DNA of 64,000 nt, taken from positions 64,001 to 128,000 of IMG/VR virus record IMGVR_UViG_3300028394_000044; one strand, written 5' to 3'. Below are positions 19,930 through 29,463 of this stretch, piece by piece (position 1 is the stretch's first letter; the number at the start of each line of letters is the position of its first letter). This DNA is from a virus. The position numbers were made by a program, and so were the translations under genes. A model generated the notes under the pieces. The model was not told where the DNA came from. It saw nothing but the letters and a program-made list of their open reading frames with translations, and made no database searches.

Positions 19930-22257
19930 ATGGATTTCAAGTCGTTTCTAGACGAACAAGCGCAAAAACATGCGGTCCTTGCTTTTGGACGTATGAACCC
20001 ACCAACAACTGGTCATGCAAAGTTAGTTGATAAGGTCAAAGAAGTTGCTAAAGAAGTGGGTGGAACACATCACGTAGTTCTATCTCACAGCCAAGATGTT
20101 AGTAAGAATCCACTATCAGCCGAACAAAAGCTGAAACATGCACACAGATTCTTTCCAGATACCAATCTGAGCACCTCGGATAAAGAACATCCAACATTCT
20201 TACAACACGCAGCCAAATTACATAAAACTGGTGTCACACACTTACATATGGTTGCAGGTTCCGATCGGGTTGGCGAATATGAAAAGAAACTAGCACAATA
20301 CAATGGCACACACAAAGGTGCTTTGTATAATTTCAAAAAAATCACAGTTCATTCTGCCGGAGAACGTGATCCTGATGCCGAAGGCACAGAAGGTATGTCT
20401 GCATCCAAGATGCGTGAACATGCTAAAAATAACAACCTAAAAGACTTTAAAAAAGGTGTTCCGTCCCATGTTTCACATGAACATGCTAAGGAATTGATGC
20501 AGGATGTTCGTAAAGGGATGAATGTTAAAGAAGATTTTAATTCAATCATCTTTAATATACTGACCGAAGGTGTGCATGATAAGAGTATTTTTAAAGCAGT
20601 TTTTCTATCCGGTGGACCAGGTTCAGGTAAAGATTATATCCTCGACAACACATTAGCTGGTCATGGATTGGTAGAAATCAACTCTGATAAAGCATTAGAG
20701 TTCTTGATGGATAAGAACAATCTTGATAAGAAGATGCCAGAGTCCGAAAAAGATATTCGCAACATCGTTCGTGGTAAAGCGAAAGATATGACAGAACTGA
20801 AACAACACCTTGCATTGTTAGGACGTAATGGTCTTATTATCAATGGTACAGGTGATGATCCAGCTAAGTATACAAAAATTAAAAAGAATCTAGAGTCTAT
20901 TGGCTATGAAACTATGATGGTTTCAGTTAATACAAAAGATGAAGTTTCTTCACAAAGAAATATTGAGCGTGGTCAACGTGGCGGTCGTACAGTACCTGAA
21001 GATATTCGTAAAGAAAAATGGGATGCTGTAAACAATGCCAGACCTGAAATGGCAAAGTTGTTTGGTCACAATTACTATGAGATTGATAACTCTGAAGACT
21101 TACGTTCAGCGAAGCCAGATGTTGTCAAAGCTAAAAAAGACGAAATGTTGAACATTTTCAAAAAAGTTCAAGAATTTGTTAAAACAGCACCTAAGAACAA
21201 TGAAGCTAAACAATGGGTTGCTGGCGAATTGAGTAAGAAAGATACATTACCAATCGATAAGAAAGGTGCAGAGTATTCTGGTCCTGCACCCGATGATGCT
21301 GCTCAAACTGAAGCAACCAGACTTGGTTTACAATATTATGGTTTTGGTCGTTACGGAAAAAATAGTAAAGTTACTCACCACTCTGTACATGGTAAATTGG
21401 TGCAAGATCCAACACATGCAGAACAACAAAAAGTTGCAGCCAAAGCTGCAAAAGTCAAACCAAATTTGGGTAGTGGTTCACCTGCATCCAAAAAAGTTTC
21501 TGAAAGTATCAATGAAGAATTTGAGAAACTTATAAGTGAAGTTGGAACTATTCATAATGGAAATTATGATGGTCCAAAAACTGCAAAAGGTCCTGAAGGA
21601 CATACATATACTGCAACGGCTGGAAAGCCAAGAGTTTATGCAATACGTAATTCGGCAGCTAAAGACGCACACCGTATGAATGGTGAAGTTATTAAGACCG
21701 AAAAAGGTTACATGGTTAAATTAAAGGAGAATAAACATGTTGAAATTTCTAAAGAGCTTTTGGAGCAAAAAACAATCAGTATCAGCACCAGTGGTGACAC
21801 CGGAGCCAGTCAAGGTACCAGAACCGGTGGAAGCAGTAAAGCCACCAGTGGTGACACCTACACCTGCACCAGAACCAGTGGTGGAAACACCATTAGTGAA
21901 GACGCCGGATGTGGATGTGACTCCTGCCAAACAACCGGCAGCCGCTATGACACCAGCCCCAAAGAAAAAAAGAAACTCTACCTCTCGCAAGCCAAAGACA
22001 AACTCGCCAAAAAAGTAAAAGAGTCTATCGACCAAGGTATTGAAACTGGAATGTCCATGGCAGCCGGAGGTGAATCCGGTAGCCGTGACATGGGTGAGAA
22101 ATTGAGTAAAAAAGGTAAGGCTATACCTTTCACTAAAGATTCACTCAAAGAAATGGGTGGAGATGAAACTACCGCATCTATTGGTGACCAAAAAGAAGAT
22201 GAGTTGAAGAAACAAGGTATTAGTTTAATTTCATTTAAAAAGAGAAACTACACATGA
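19930..22257 (+). CDS. HIGH-type cytidylyltransferase-like domain plus P-loop (zeta-toxin-like) kinase, multi-domain protein
   Basis: FGRMNPPTTGH, AGSDR, MSASKMR; then GGPGSGKD, INSD, NGTG. Confidence 0.85.
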   Translation: MDFKSFLDEQAQKHAVLAFGRMNPPTTGHAKLVDKVKEVAKEVGGTHHVVLSHSQDVSKNPLSAEQKLKHAHRFFPDTNLSTSDKEHPTFLQHAAKLHKTGVTHLHMVAGSDRVGEYEKKLAQYNGTHKGALYNFKKITVHSAGERDPDAEGTEGMSASKMREHAKNNNLKDFKKGVPSHVSHEHAKELMQDVRKGMNVKEDFNSIIFNILTEGVHDKSIFKAVFLSGGPGSGKDYILDNTLAGHGLVEINSDKALEFLMDKNNLDKKMPESEKDIRNIVRGKAKDMTELKQHLALLGRNGLIINGTGDDPAKYTKIKKNLESIGYETMMVSVNTKDEVSSQRNIERGQRGGRTVPEDIRKEKWDAVNNARPEMAKLFGHNYYEIDNSEDLRSAKPDVVKAKKDEMLNIFKKVQEFVKTAPKNNEAKQWVAGELSKKDTLPIDKKGAEYSGPAPDDAAQTEATRLGLQYYGFGRYGKNSKVTHHSVHGKLVQDPTHAEQQKVAAKAAKVKPNLGSGSPASKKVSESINEEFEKLISEVGTIHNGNYDGPKTAKGPEGHTYTATAGKPRVYAIRNSAAKDAHRMNGEVIKTEKGYMVKLKENKHVEISKELLEQKTISISTSGDTGASQGTRTGGSSKATSGDTYTCTRTSGGNTISEDAGCGCDSCQTTGSRYDTSPKEKKKLYLSQAKDKLAKKVKESIDQGIETGMSMAAGGESGSRDMGEKLSKKGKAIPFTKDSLKEMGGDETTASIGDQKEDELKKQGISLISFKKRNYT
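21737..22018 (+). CDS. Overprinted Pro/Lys-rich protein in the +1 frame of the 775-aa gene
   Basis: AAGGAG RBS just upstream of ATG; 93 aa open frame. Confidence 0.55.
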   Translation: MLKFLKSFWSKKQSVSAPVVTPEPVKVPEPVEAVKPPVVTPTPAPEPVVETPLVKTPDVDVTPAKQPAAAMTPAPKKKRNSTSRKPKTNSPKK

Positions 22258-22550
22258 AATCATTCATTTCTTTTATTACTGAAGGTTCTCCTGCTTGGCA
22301 ACGCAAAGAAGGTAAAAATCCTGAAGGTGGATTAAACCGTAAAGGTATTGCTTCTTATCGTTCCGAACATCCAGGGTCTAAACTCTCAATGGCTGTTACA
22401 ACTAAGCCCTCAGAATTAAAACCTGGCTCTAAAGCTGCTAATCGTAGAAAATCGTTCTGTGCTAGAATGGGTGGTGTTGATGGACCAATGGAGAAACCAA
22501 ATGGTGAACCAACACGTAAAGCACTAGCATTAAGAAAATGGAATTGCTAA
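22254..22550 (+). CDS. Conserved basic phage protein, putative internal head protein
   Basis: SPAWQRKEGKNPEGGLN..RRKSFCARM..ALRKWNC; starts MKSFISFITE. Confidence 0.75.
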   Translation: MKSFISFITEGSPAWQRKEGKNPEGGLNRKGIASYRSEHPGSKLSMAVTTKPSELKPGSKAANRRKSFCARMGGVDGPMEKPNGEPTRKALALRKWNC

Positions 22551-22576
22551 TTTAAAATAACAAAAAAGGAAAAAAC

Positions 22577-23818
22577 ATGTTTCAAGACAAATCATTACTC
22601 GCAGTTGCCGAAGCTGTTAAAAAAGTTTGGGCGGAAGGCTTAACAGATAAGCAAAAAAAGATTGATAAAAATCACAATAATAAAATTGATGGTCAAGACT
22701 TGGCTATTTTGCGTAAAGAAGGTTGGGATGATATGATGAAGGCCGTTAAAGATAGAGCGGCTCCACAACCAAATGGTGGTGCAGGTAAGAAGCAAGGTTC
22801 TGCTTACGGTGGTTCTAAGCAAAAAGATGAAAAGCCTTTGAAAGAAGAAGATGCATACAGCAAAGATCGCTATGCAGTTAAAGATGGTAAAGCTATGAAA
22901 GATAATCCTACACACAAGGGTCATCCTGACTATGCAGATAAGCCACATCACGTTTGGGCTACAAGTCCTGAAGAAGCGATGAAAAAAAAGAAGACTGTTA
23001 AAGAAGAAGCATCACAAGCTGAATTCACTGCTGAATTGAAGAAAGCTCAAGCAAAAGCTCAAGGCAAAGAAAAAGCTGATGTTGCAAAGCCTGCTGTGCA
23101 AGCTGTGCAAAATGAACAGACACACACGCAAATAGAAGTATTTAACTTGAATGACGCTAATGGTGTTAAGCGTTCAGTTATTGATTTGGAAGAAGCTAAA
23201 TCTGGTTACGATTTGTATCACTCAATGTATTCTGGTGCAGTTCAACATGGATTAGCTCATCACGAAAAAAGTGGTTTGACAGTTGATCCTGATGATTATC
23301 ATGATAAAGTAACTGTTGGTCCAAAAAAACCTTCAGAAGGTAAAACTGTTAGTCACAATATTAAAGCAACAAATGCTAAAGGTGAATCACATATGATTCA
23401 TATGCAAGTCCACAATAAAGGTGGAAATAAACCTTACGAATTGAATACTTATTCTAGCAAAGTTCCAAAAAAACAAGTTAAAGAAGAACATACTGGTCTA
23501 CATCCAGATGCACAAAAAGTATTGAAGCATATTAAGCCGGAACATCAATCTAAGTATCATGCCGATCTAACACCAAAAACATACAAGGGTGATTATGCTG
23601 ATAGATCAGCAATCCTTGATGCTGCTGAAAGAGCAGGTCATTTAAAAGAAGAAGTTGAGCAAATTGATGAACGTCATTTAACTTCTGCTGAATCTGAAAA
23701 AATGGAAAAGAATGTTAAGTCTATGAAAAAAGGTTTATCTGGTTTTAAAGAACGTTATGGCAAAGATGCTAAATCTGTGATGTATGCGACGGCAACAAAA
23801 CAGGCCAAGGGAGAGTGA
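22577..23818 (+). CDS. Modular Lys/Glu-rich putative internal virion protein
   Basis: Recurrent (L/V/I)xE sites, EF-hand-like DKNHNNKIDGQD, C-term VMYATATKQAK. Confidence 0.6.
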   Translation: MFQDKSLLAVAEAVKKVWAEGLTDKQKKIDKNHNNKIDGQDLAILRKEGWDDMMKAVKDRAAPQPNGGAGKKQGSAYGGSKQKDEKPLKEEDAYSKDRYAVKDGKAMKDNPTHKGHPDYADKPHHVWATSPEEAMKKKKTVKEEASQAEFTAELKKAQAKAQGKEKADVAKPAVQAVQNEQTHTQIEVFNLNDANGVKRSVIDLEEAKSGYDLYHSMYSGAVQHGLAHHEKSGLTVDPDDYHDKVTVGPKKPSEGKTVSHNIKATNAKGESHMIHMQVHNKGGNKPYELNTYSSKVPKKQVKEEHTGLHPDAQKVLKHIKPEHQSKYHADLTPKTYKGDYADRSAILDAAERAGHLKEEVEQIDERHLTSAESEKMEKNVKSMKKGLSGFKERYGKDAKSVMYATATKQAKGE

Positions 23819-23819
23819 A

Positions 23820-26084
23820 ATGAGAAGTTTCAAGCAGATTGCAAGTCTTGTCCGAGGTGAGGACATTTCGGAAGAGGGTAAAAAGTCTCTCGGAACAGGA
23901 TGGATGCTGAAGGCTGATCCAAAATTGGGAAAAGCCGTCAAAGATAAGATCGACCTTACTAAAAAACGTCAAGCAACTTATGGTGATAAATCGGCTGGCA
24001 AGTCCATCAAAGAAGATATTTCACTTGATGAAGTAATGTTCAAAAAAAGTCCTTATGGTAGAACTGCGGCAAGTCAACAACGAGCTAAAGATTTGCTGAA
24101 CCCTCCAAAAGAATCAACCGAAACTAAAGCGGATGAAAAGAAAGAGGTTAAAGAAGCTGTTAAGCAACCAACAGGTAAATTGAAAGATGCCTGCTGGACT
24201 GGTTACACTGCTGTTGGTACAAAAATGAAGAACGGTAGAGAAGTTCCTAATTGTGTACCAGTCAAAGAAGATTTTGAGCAACTTGACGAAATGCCAGGTG
24301 CTAACATGGATACACGGGCTGTACATTCTCACCTAAAGAAAAAAGGTTGGTCTTTAAGTCGTACTTCTGGTGGGCATGATGTATTCACCCATCCTAATGC
24401 GGCTCATCATATTCCAGTTCCTCGTCACCGCCAGTTAAAAGCACCTCTGATTAAAGGTATTTTAAAATCCTCTCAGATTAGTGAAGAAACTAAAGATGTT
24501 GGTGAATATGACTATGAAGGTCAAATGGCTCGTACACAATTACAAACAACATTGCGTAATTGTGAAGATTTACTTGGAATGATTAACGATAATGATAATA
24601 TGCCTGAGTGGGTACAATCTAAGATAACCTTAGCTCAAGACTATATCACAACTGTTAGAGATTATCTACAATCAAAAGAGGAACTCGGTGAAGAAGTTGA
24701 TCCTGCACATAAAAAGATTCTAGATAAAGCGAAAACCAGTACACCTAAATCACCTAAAGGTGAATATGATCGCAAGGTTGAAAAGTATCTGAAGAAAAAG
24801 CATGGCATGAAAGAAGAAGTTGAGCAGATTGATGAGTTGTCTAAGAAAACTCTTGGCTCGTATGTCAATAAAGCACTGGACAGCGCAAGAGAAATGCCTG
24901 GCTCTGGCACGAATGCTGAAGCCAGCAAAAAGTCAAAACGTTTCGCTTCTGTTTCTGCGGCTGCATATCGCACACAAGGTCTTGCGCCAAGAAAAGGCAC
25001 TGATATGTTTAAAAAGTACAAAGCTGAAAGTGTTGTGGCGGAAGGCTCATTAGAAGAAGATAAATATGATAAAATGCTAAGAGATTTGGTGAAGGCAAGA
25101 CCTGACTTAAATAAAAAATATGCCAAAGATGTTAAAAGGTCAAAAGATATTGAAAGTGGCAAAGAGTTAAACAAACTTGTTAAAAAGAATCCTGGTGTAT
25201 TGAAAACACACAGTGATGCTGTAAAGAGAGATAAGAAACTAGGTATGGCGGAAGGCCTATCAGAAATGGACAAATCACAAACTCCGCCAGGACGAGACGG
25301 TCACGTAAGTCATGGCACATACGGTTCTAGAGACAAGAAAGATCCGGATGCTGGTAAGAAACAAGTCTACGGCAAAATGGAGCGCCCTGAAAAAACAACC
25401 AAAACGGCATCGGATATTCTTAACAAAGCATTTAATAAAGGTGTGGCAGAAGCTGTGACATATGAGCCAAGTCCGGGTGCTCGTCCAAATAACGCTGGAC
25501 ATACGCTTGTTGGTTTCTCATTTCATTCCGATAACACAAAACATGCTAACATTATGAAGCATGGTGAGACTGGTAAGTATTATGCTGCAGGTGGCAGTTC
25601 TTCACATCCCGTTAAAAGTACCACATTTCACGATACACCCGAAGATGCTGTTAAAAGCAAAAAGTCTTATGTTAAAGAAGAAGTTGGTCAAGCAACAAAT
25701 TCAAATGAAAATCCAAACAAGGGTCGTTTCATGTCTGCACCAGCTAAAAAAGTAATGAAGCCATCACCTATGGTAACTTCAGAGCAATCTGCTTCTGATA
25801 TTGGTCAACCACAAAGAGAAATTCCTCTTGATACAGCTAAAACTGACCACTCCACCGCTATGAAGATAGCTAAGTTGGCTGCACGTAGACAAGCAGGAAT
25901 CAAAGAGGACATGGAAGCAGACAACTCACTAGGTAAAAATGATACTCTTGCTAAACAAAGCCTTAGCAGAACTGCTGGCATTACAAAAGACCTTGCACTT
26001 ACTGGCAAGAATAAAGAAAATGTGAAGAATAAGGAAAAGTTCGAGCCTGAACCAGAACTATCTTCACAAATCGTTAAACCTTAA
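23820..26084 (+). CDS. Modular putative internal virion polyprotein containing a HicA-like domain
   Basis: Modules CWTGY..VPNCVP, HicA (GW..RTSGGH..F.HP..VP.H), EGQMA..PEWVQSKIT.A.DY, DELSKKTLGSY separated by xKEE/xDE/xAEG. Confidence 0.65.
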   Translation: MRSFKQIASLVRGEDISEEGKKSLGTGWMLKADPKLGKAVKDKIDLTKKRQATYGDKSAGKSIKEDISLDEVMFKKSPYGRTAASQQRAKDLLNPPKESTETKADEKKEVKEAVKQPTGKLKDACWTGYTAVGTKMKNGREVPNCVPVKEDFEQLDEMPGANMDTRAVHSHLKKKGWSLSRTSGGHDVFTHPNAAHHIPVPRHRQLKAPLIKGILKSSQISEETKDVGEYDYEGQMARTQLQTTLRNCEDLLGMINDNDNMPEWVQSKITLAQDYITTVRDYLQSKEELGEEVDPAHKKILDKAKTSTPKSPKGEYDRKVEKYLKKKHGMKEEVEQIDELSKKTLGSYVNKALDSAREMPGSGTNAEASKKSKRFASVSAAAYRTQGLAPRKGTDMFKKYKAESVVAEGSLEEDKYDKMLRDLVKARPDLNKKYAKDVKRSKDIESGKELNKLVKKNPGVLKTHSDAVKRDKKLGMAEGLSEMDKSQTPPGRDGHVSHGTYGSRDKKDPDAGKKQVYGKMERPEKTTKTASDILNKAFNKGVAEAVTYEPSPGARPNNAGHTLVGFSFHSDNTKHANIMKHGETGKYYAAGGSSSHPVKSTTFHDTPEDAVKSKKSYVKEEVGQATNSNENPNKGRFMSAPAKKVMKPSPMVTSEQSASDIGQPQREIPLDTAKTDHSTAMKIAKLAARRQAGIKEDMEADNSLGKNDTLAKQSLSRTAGITKDLALTGKNKENVKNKEKFEPEPELSSQIVKP

Positions 26085-26120
26085 TTTCATAAATAGAATA
26101 ATAACAAAAGGAGACACTAA

Positions 26121-26684
26121 ATGTCACTATGGTCCGTTTCAGATTCAAGCAATGCCGCACCTAAATTTGCAGGTGTTGATGTAAGTATTGGTGCCAGCGC
26201 AACTGGTTCATCATTGTTTGGTAACACACAAATTGCCGCATTCCAGACTACTAAAAATATCACTGTTGGTGTTTTTGGTGTAGGTACAACTGAACAAGGT
26301 GTATCCGCTTCATCAAATATACATCCACAACATGCTGGTTGGGTTCTGGTTAAAAGTGGCACTGGCCCAGTTGTTAGCATTACAGCTAACGCATCGGCAG
26401 TTGCAACTAATACTTACTTGACTTTCACAGGTACAACAGGTTCTACTACTGCCAACGCAACTGTGACAGTTAATACTGCTGGTTATATCCAATCAGTTAC
26501 TGTTAACTCTGGTGGTAACTACTTGAGAGCACCTGCTATTACTCAAGTTGGTAACGCTAACTTCACAATCACCATGGGTGGTCGTGCTGGTCGTGTACAA
26601 ACAGAAACTCTTGTTGCTATGGCATCTATTGGCACACAAGGTGTTGCTGATGCAAGCGACAATGCTACTTTCCCAAATAGCTAA
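26121..26684 (+). CDS. Putative virion structural protein
   Basis: MSLWS.., HAGWVL, GRAGRVQTETLVAM; Thr/Gly-rich; after late promoter. Confidence 0.65.
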   Translation: MSLWSVSDSSNAAPKFAGVDVSIGASATGSSLFGNTQIAAFQTTKNITVGVFGVGTTEQGVSASSNIHPQHAGWVLVKSGTGPVVSITANASAVATNTYLTFTGTTGSTTANATVTVNTAGYIQSVTVNSGGNYLRAPAITQVGNANFTITMGGRAGRVQTETLVAMASIGTQGVADASDNATFPNS

Positions 26685-27070
26685 TGATTGATTTTAAATT
26701 ATTCTTGAGTGAAGAATTGGAAGACTCTGAAGTTAATTTGGTGTCTTCCTACAACAGTCAAGAACTAAATGATAGTTTGTTCAGAGATTTGAGTAGTCCT
26801 TTTCTTTCTGTACAAGCTGGATTTTCTTACTTAAGAAAAACTTTATTTTCTTATGGTATAGATATTCCACCTGTGTTTGATTTGGATCCAGAAGGTGACG
26901 AAATGTTGTTGGATGTTTCCGGGTATGGTGCAGAGCAGTCATCAATATTGTATGTTTTATATTCTCTAACCGATGATGGTTATTATGATTTCTATGCTGA
27001 ACTCACTGATGAGTCTGGTGCGGATGAATTGCTGAAATCTGGTACAGAGGAGCAAGAAGAAGAAGTTTAA
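26684..27070 (+). CDS. Acidic hypothetical protein
   Basis: Coupled ORF; starts MIDFKLFLSE. Confidence 0.6.
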   Translation: MIDFKLFLSEELEDSEVNLVSSYNSQELNDSLFRDLSSPFLSVQAGFSYLRKTLFSYGIDIPPVFDLDPEGDEMLLDVSGYGAEQSSILYVLYSLTDDGYYDFYAELTDESGADELLKSGTEEQEEEV

Positions 27071-27462
27071 TGTCCTTTGATGATTTGACCAGTGAAAATA
27101 TTTTAATTTATGCAATGAAGGCTTATGATAGACCAGATTGCATAATGAGTGAATTTAAAGAGGACATGAAACGGTTCAATTACTTAAAAAGATTGTTTCG
27201 TAAATATCGCAAGTTGGGTGAAATTAAAGATCGATTGGTCATAAATCACTTAGTTGTTCTGTATAATGTTTTTGGTGTTGAAGTTGCAACTCGTTTGCTT
27301 TTTTATAAAGTATCAGAAGAAGATCATATCACATTAAAAACGTACCTTCTATTCTTGAATTATATGCCAAGTGTTATACCAAAAATTAATGGAAAAGATA
27401 TATTATCTTCCGATATTGCTGTCGATATGAATATAGCTGAAGTATTGAGGCAAATTAAATGA
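27070..27462 (+). CDS. Conserved T4-like phage protein
   Basis: YAMKAY..EF.ED.KRF.YLKRL..RL..NH..LYNVFG motif. Confidence 0.7.
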   Translation: MSFDDLTSENILIYAMKAYDRPDCIMSEFKEDMKRFNYLKRLFRKYRKLGEIKDRLVINHLVVLYNVFGVEVATRLLFYKVSEEDHITLKTYLLFLNYMPSVIPKINGKDILSSDIAVDMNIAEVLRQIK

Positions 27463-27833
27463 ACGAATATATTATTCAAAAGAGAGGATTTCAAGTGCAT
27501 ATGCATGAAGACGGTGAAGCTCCAATGAATTCTGTTGGTTCTGGTAACGTAGCGGGTATTGGTATTAATAATCCAAAACTTTCAGACCAAGCGCAGCCTG
27601 GTGTTAAACGTAAAAAGTTTGCAGGCTCAACGGTATTTAAAGTACCAACTAAATCTTTTGTTATGGCTAAAATGCTTAAACGCAAATACGCACGATTTGA
27701 ATCTTACCTTGGTGATCCAGTTGTTTCTAAAGAAATTTCTGAATTTGCTAATTCTAATTGGAAAGAAGGTATTGTTTTAGAAGATGAACAAACTGGTGCA
27801 ATGATGTATGTTCGTTATGGCAAAGGAAAATAA
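27459..27833 (+). CDS. Hypothetical protein
   Basis: Coupled ORF. Confidence 0.6.
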   Translation: MNEYIIQKRGFQVHMHEDGEAPMNSVGSGNVAGIGINNPKLSDQAQPGVKRKKFAGSTVFKVPTKSFVMAKMLKRKYARFESYLGDPVVSKEISEFANSNWKEGIVLEDEQTGAMMYVRYGKGK

Positions 27834-28279
27834 TGTGGATATTAAAATTTCTTCCTGACTGGATTTTCCACGCAGTGTTTTTTTTGGGGTTAATTGGGCT
27901 TGTAGCAACATATTTGCTCAAACTAATTCCAATTCCATTTCTCTACGTCTACAAAACTCCCATACAATTAATCTCTATCGCATGTATCGTTATTGGCGTA
28001 TACATGGCTGGCGCTATTGCTAATGAAGATGCATGGAATGCTAGAGTTGCTGAGTTACAAATAAAGGTAGCAGAAGCAGAAGCCAAATCTACACAGGTTA
28101 ACACAGAGGTTGTTGAGAAAGTTGTTAATCGCACTCAAGTGATTAAAGAAAAAGGTGATGAAGTCATCAAGTATGTAGAAACAGAAGTTGTCAAATATGA
28201 CACTAAATTTTTACCGGGTGGTCAATGTGAAATGCCTAAAGAATTTATTATAGCATTGAATAAAGCGGCTTTACCATGA
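27833..28279 (+). CDS. Rz-like inner-membrane spanin
   Basis: N-terminal TM helices, coiled coil, C-terminal Cys; precedes lipoprotein and endolysin. Confidence 0.65.
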   Translation: MWILKFLPDWIFHAVFFLGLIGLVATYLLKLIPIPFLYVYKTPIQLISIACIVIGVYMAGAIANEDAWNARVAELQIKVAEAEAKSTQVNTEVVEKVVNRTQVIKEKGDEVIKYVETEVVKYDTKFLPGGQCEMPKEFIIALNKAALP

Positions 28280-28533
28280 GATATATAATTTTAACTCTAT
28301 TATTGACAGGTTGTGCAAGCACTACAGTTCCAGTAACTGTTCCTTTTCCACAAGCACCACAAGTATTGATGCAAAGATGCCCACCTTTAAAACTGATGCC
28401 CGAGGATGCTAAATTGAGTGATGTTGCTCGGGTTATTACTGAAAATTATACTTTATATTATAATTGTGCTATCAAAAATGATGCGTGGATTGAGTGGTTT
28501 GATAAACAAAAACAAATTTATGGAGACTTCTAA
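28276..28533 (+). CDS. Rz1-like outer-membrane spanin lipoprotein
   Basis: Lipobox LTGC, Pro-rich, two further Cys. Confidence 0.7.
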   Translation: MRYIILTLLLTGCASTTVPVTVPFPQAPQVLMQRCPPLKLMPEDAKLSDVARVITENYTLYYNCAIKNDAWIEWFDKQKQIYGDF

Positions 28534-29156
28534 TGGAATTATCAAAAGAACAATTAAAACAATTGTTACCTAAAAATCCGTATATTGACCATTGGTACGA
28601 TGCTCTGTCCAAATTACTACCCGATTACGAAATCAATACGCGCCAGCGTATAGCTGCATTTGTTGCACAATGTTCTCATGAATCTGGTGGTTTTACCGCA
28701 CTAAAAGAAAATTTAAATTACAAAGCACAAACGCTTCGTAAGATTTTTCCAAAGTATTTTCCTACTGATGCTCTTGCTAATGAATATGTAAACAAGCCTA
28801 ATAAACAAGAAGCTATTGCTAACAAAGTTTATGCTAATCGCATGGGTAATGGCAATGAAGCCTCGGGTGATGGATACAAATATTGTGGTCGCGGTTTAAT
28901 TCAATTAACGGGTAAAGAAAACTATTCATGGTTTGCAGCATCTTTAGAAATTTCAGTTGAAGACGCTGCGGAATATTTACAAACATTTGAAGGTGCTGCA
29001 CAGTCTGCATGTTGGTTTTGGGAAACAAATAACCTCAATCAGTGGGCAGACAAGGGTGATATTGTCACTCTAACTAAACGTATTAATGGTGGTACTATTG
29101 GTCTTGAGGACCGCATTAAACACTATGAACATGCGCTACATGTATTAGGAGCATAA
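28533..29156 (+). CDS. GH19 (chitinase-like) endolysin
   Basis: AQCSHES, ENLNY, GRGLIQLTG, TKRINGG..GLEDR. Confidence 0.92.
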   Translation: MELSKEQLKQLLPKNPYIDHWYDALSKLLPDYEINTRQRIAAFVAQCSHESGGFTALKENLNYKAQTLRKIFPKYFPTDALANEYVNKPNKQEAIANKVYANRMGNGNEASGDGYKYCGRGLIQLTGKENYSWFAASLEISVEDAAEYLQTFEGAAQSACWFWETNNLNQWADKGDIVTLTKRINGGTIGLEDRIKHYEHALHVLGA

Positions 29157-29157
29157 T

Positions 29158-29463
29158 ATGTACGATGATAAAAAATTATTTAAATTGTTGGCTTTTTTAA
29201 TTATTTTACCTGTAACTTTGGCTATATTTGGTGGAGATAAATTTCGTTATCCATGTCAAAATCCAGATAATTGGGATAAAAAAATATGTCAAAAACCAGC
29301 ATGTGATGTGACCAGAAGTTGTCCTGAACATATTTTTAAAGGACAACACGACCCTAGATTAGGAATTCAAGATGATAAAGCGATTAATAACAATTCTACA
29401 ACTTCATTTTCCGGTTCTAAACCAGATGCATGTAATGGACAAGGAGCAACCTGTGCAAAATAA
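29158..29463 (+). CDS. Membrane-anchored Cys-rich protein
   Basis: TM helix then FRYPCQ.P.NW..CQKP.C. Confidence 0.6.
   Translation: MYDDKKLFKLLAFLIILPVTLAIFGGDKFRYPCQNPDNWDKKICQKPACDVTRSCPEHIFKGQHDPRLGIQDDKAINNNSTTSFSGSKPDACNGQGATCAK

Noticed and set aside
24662-25273. 203-aa minus-strand ORF and similar antisense ORFs inside long genes
   Set aside because: Antisense shadows of Lys/Glu-rich coding sequence; no RBS or recognisable motifs.
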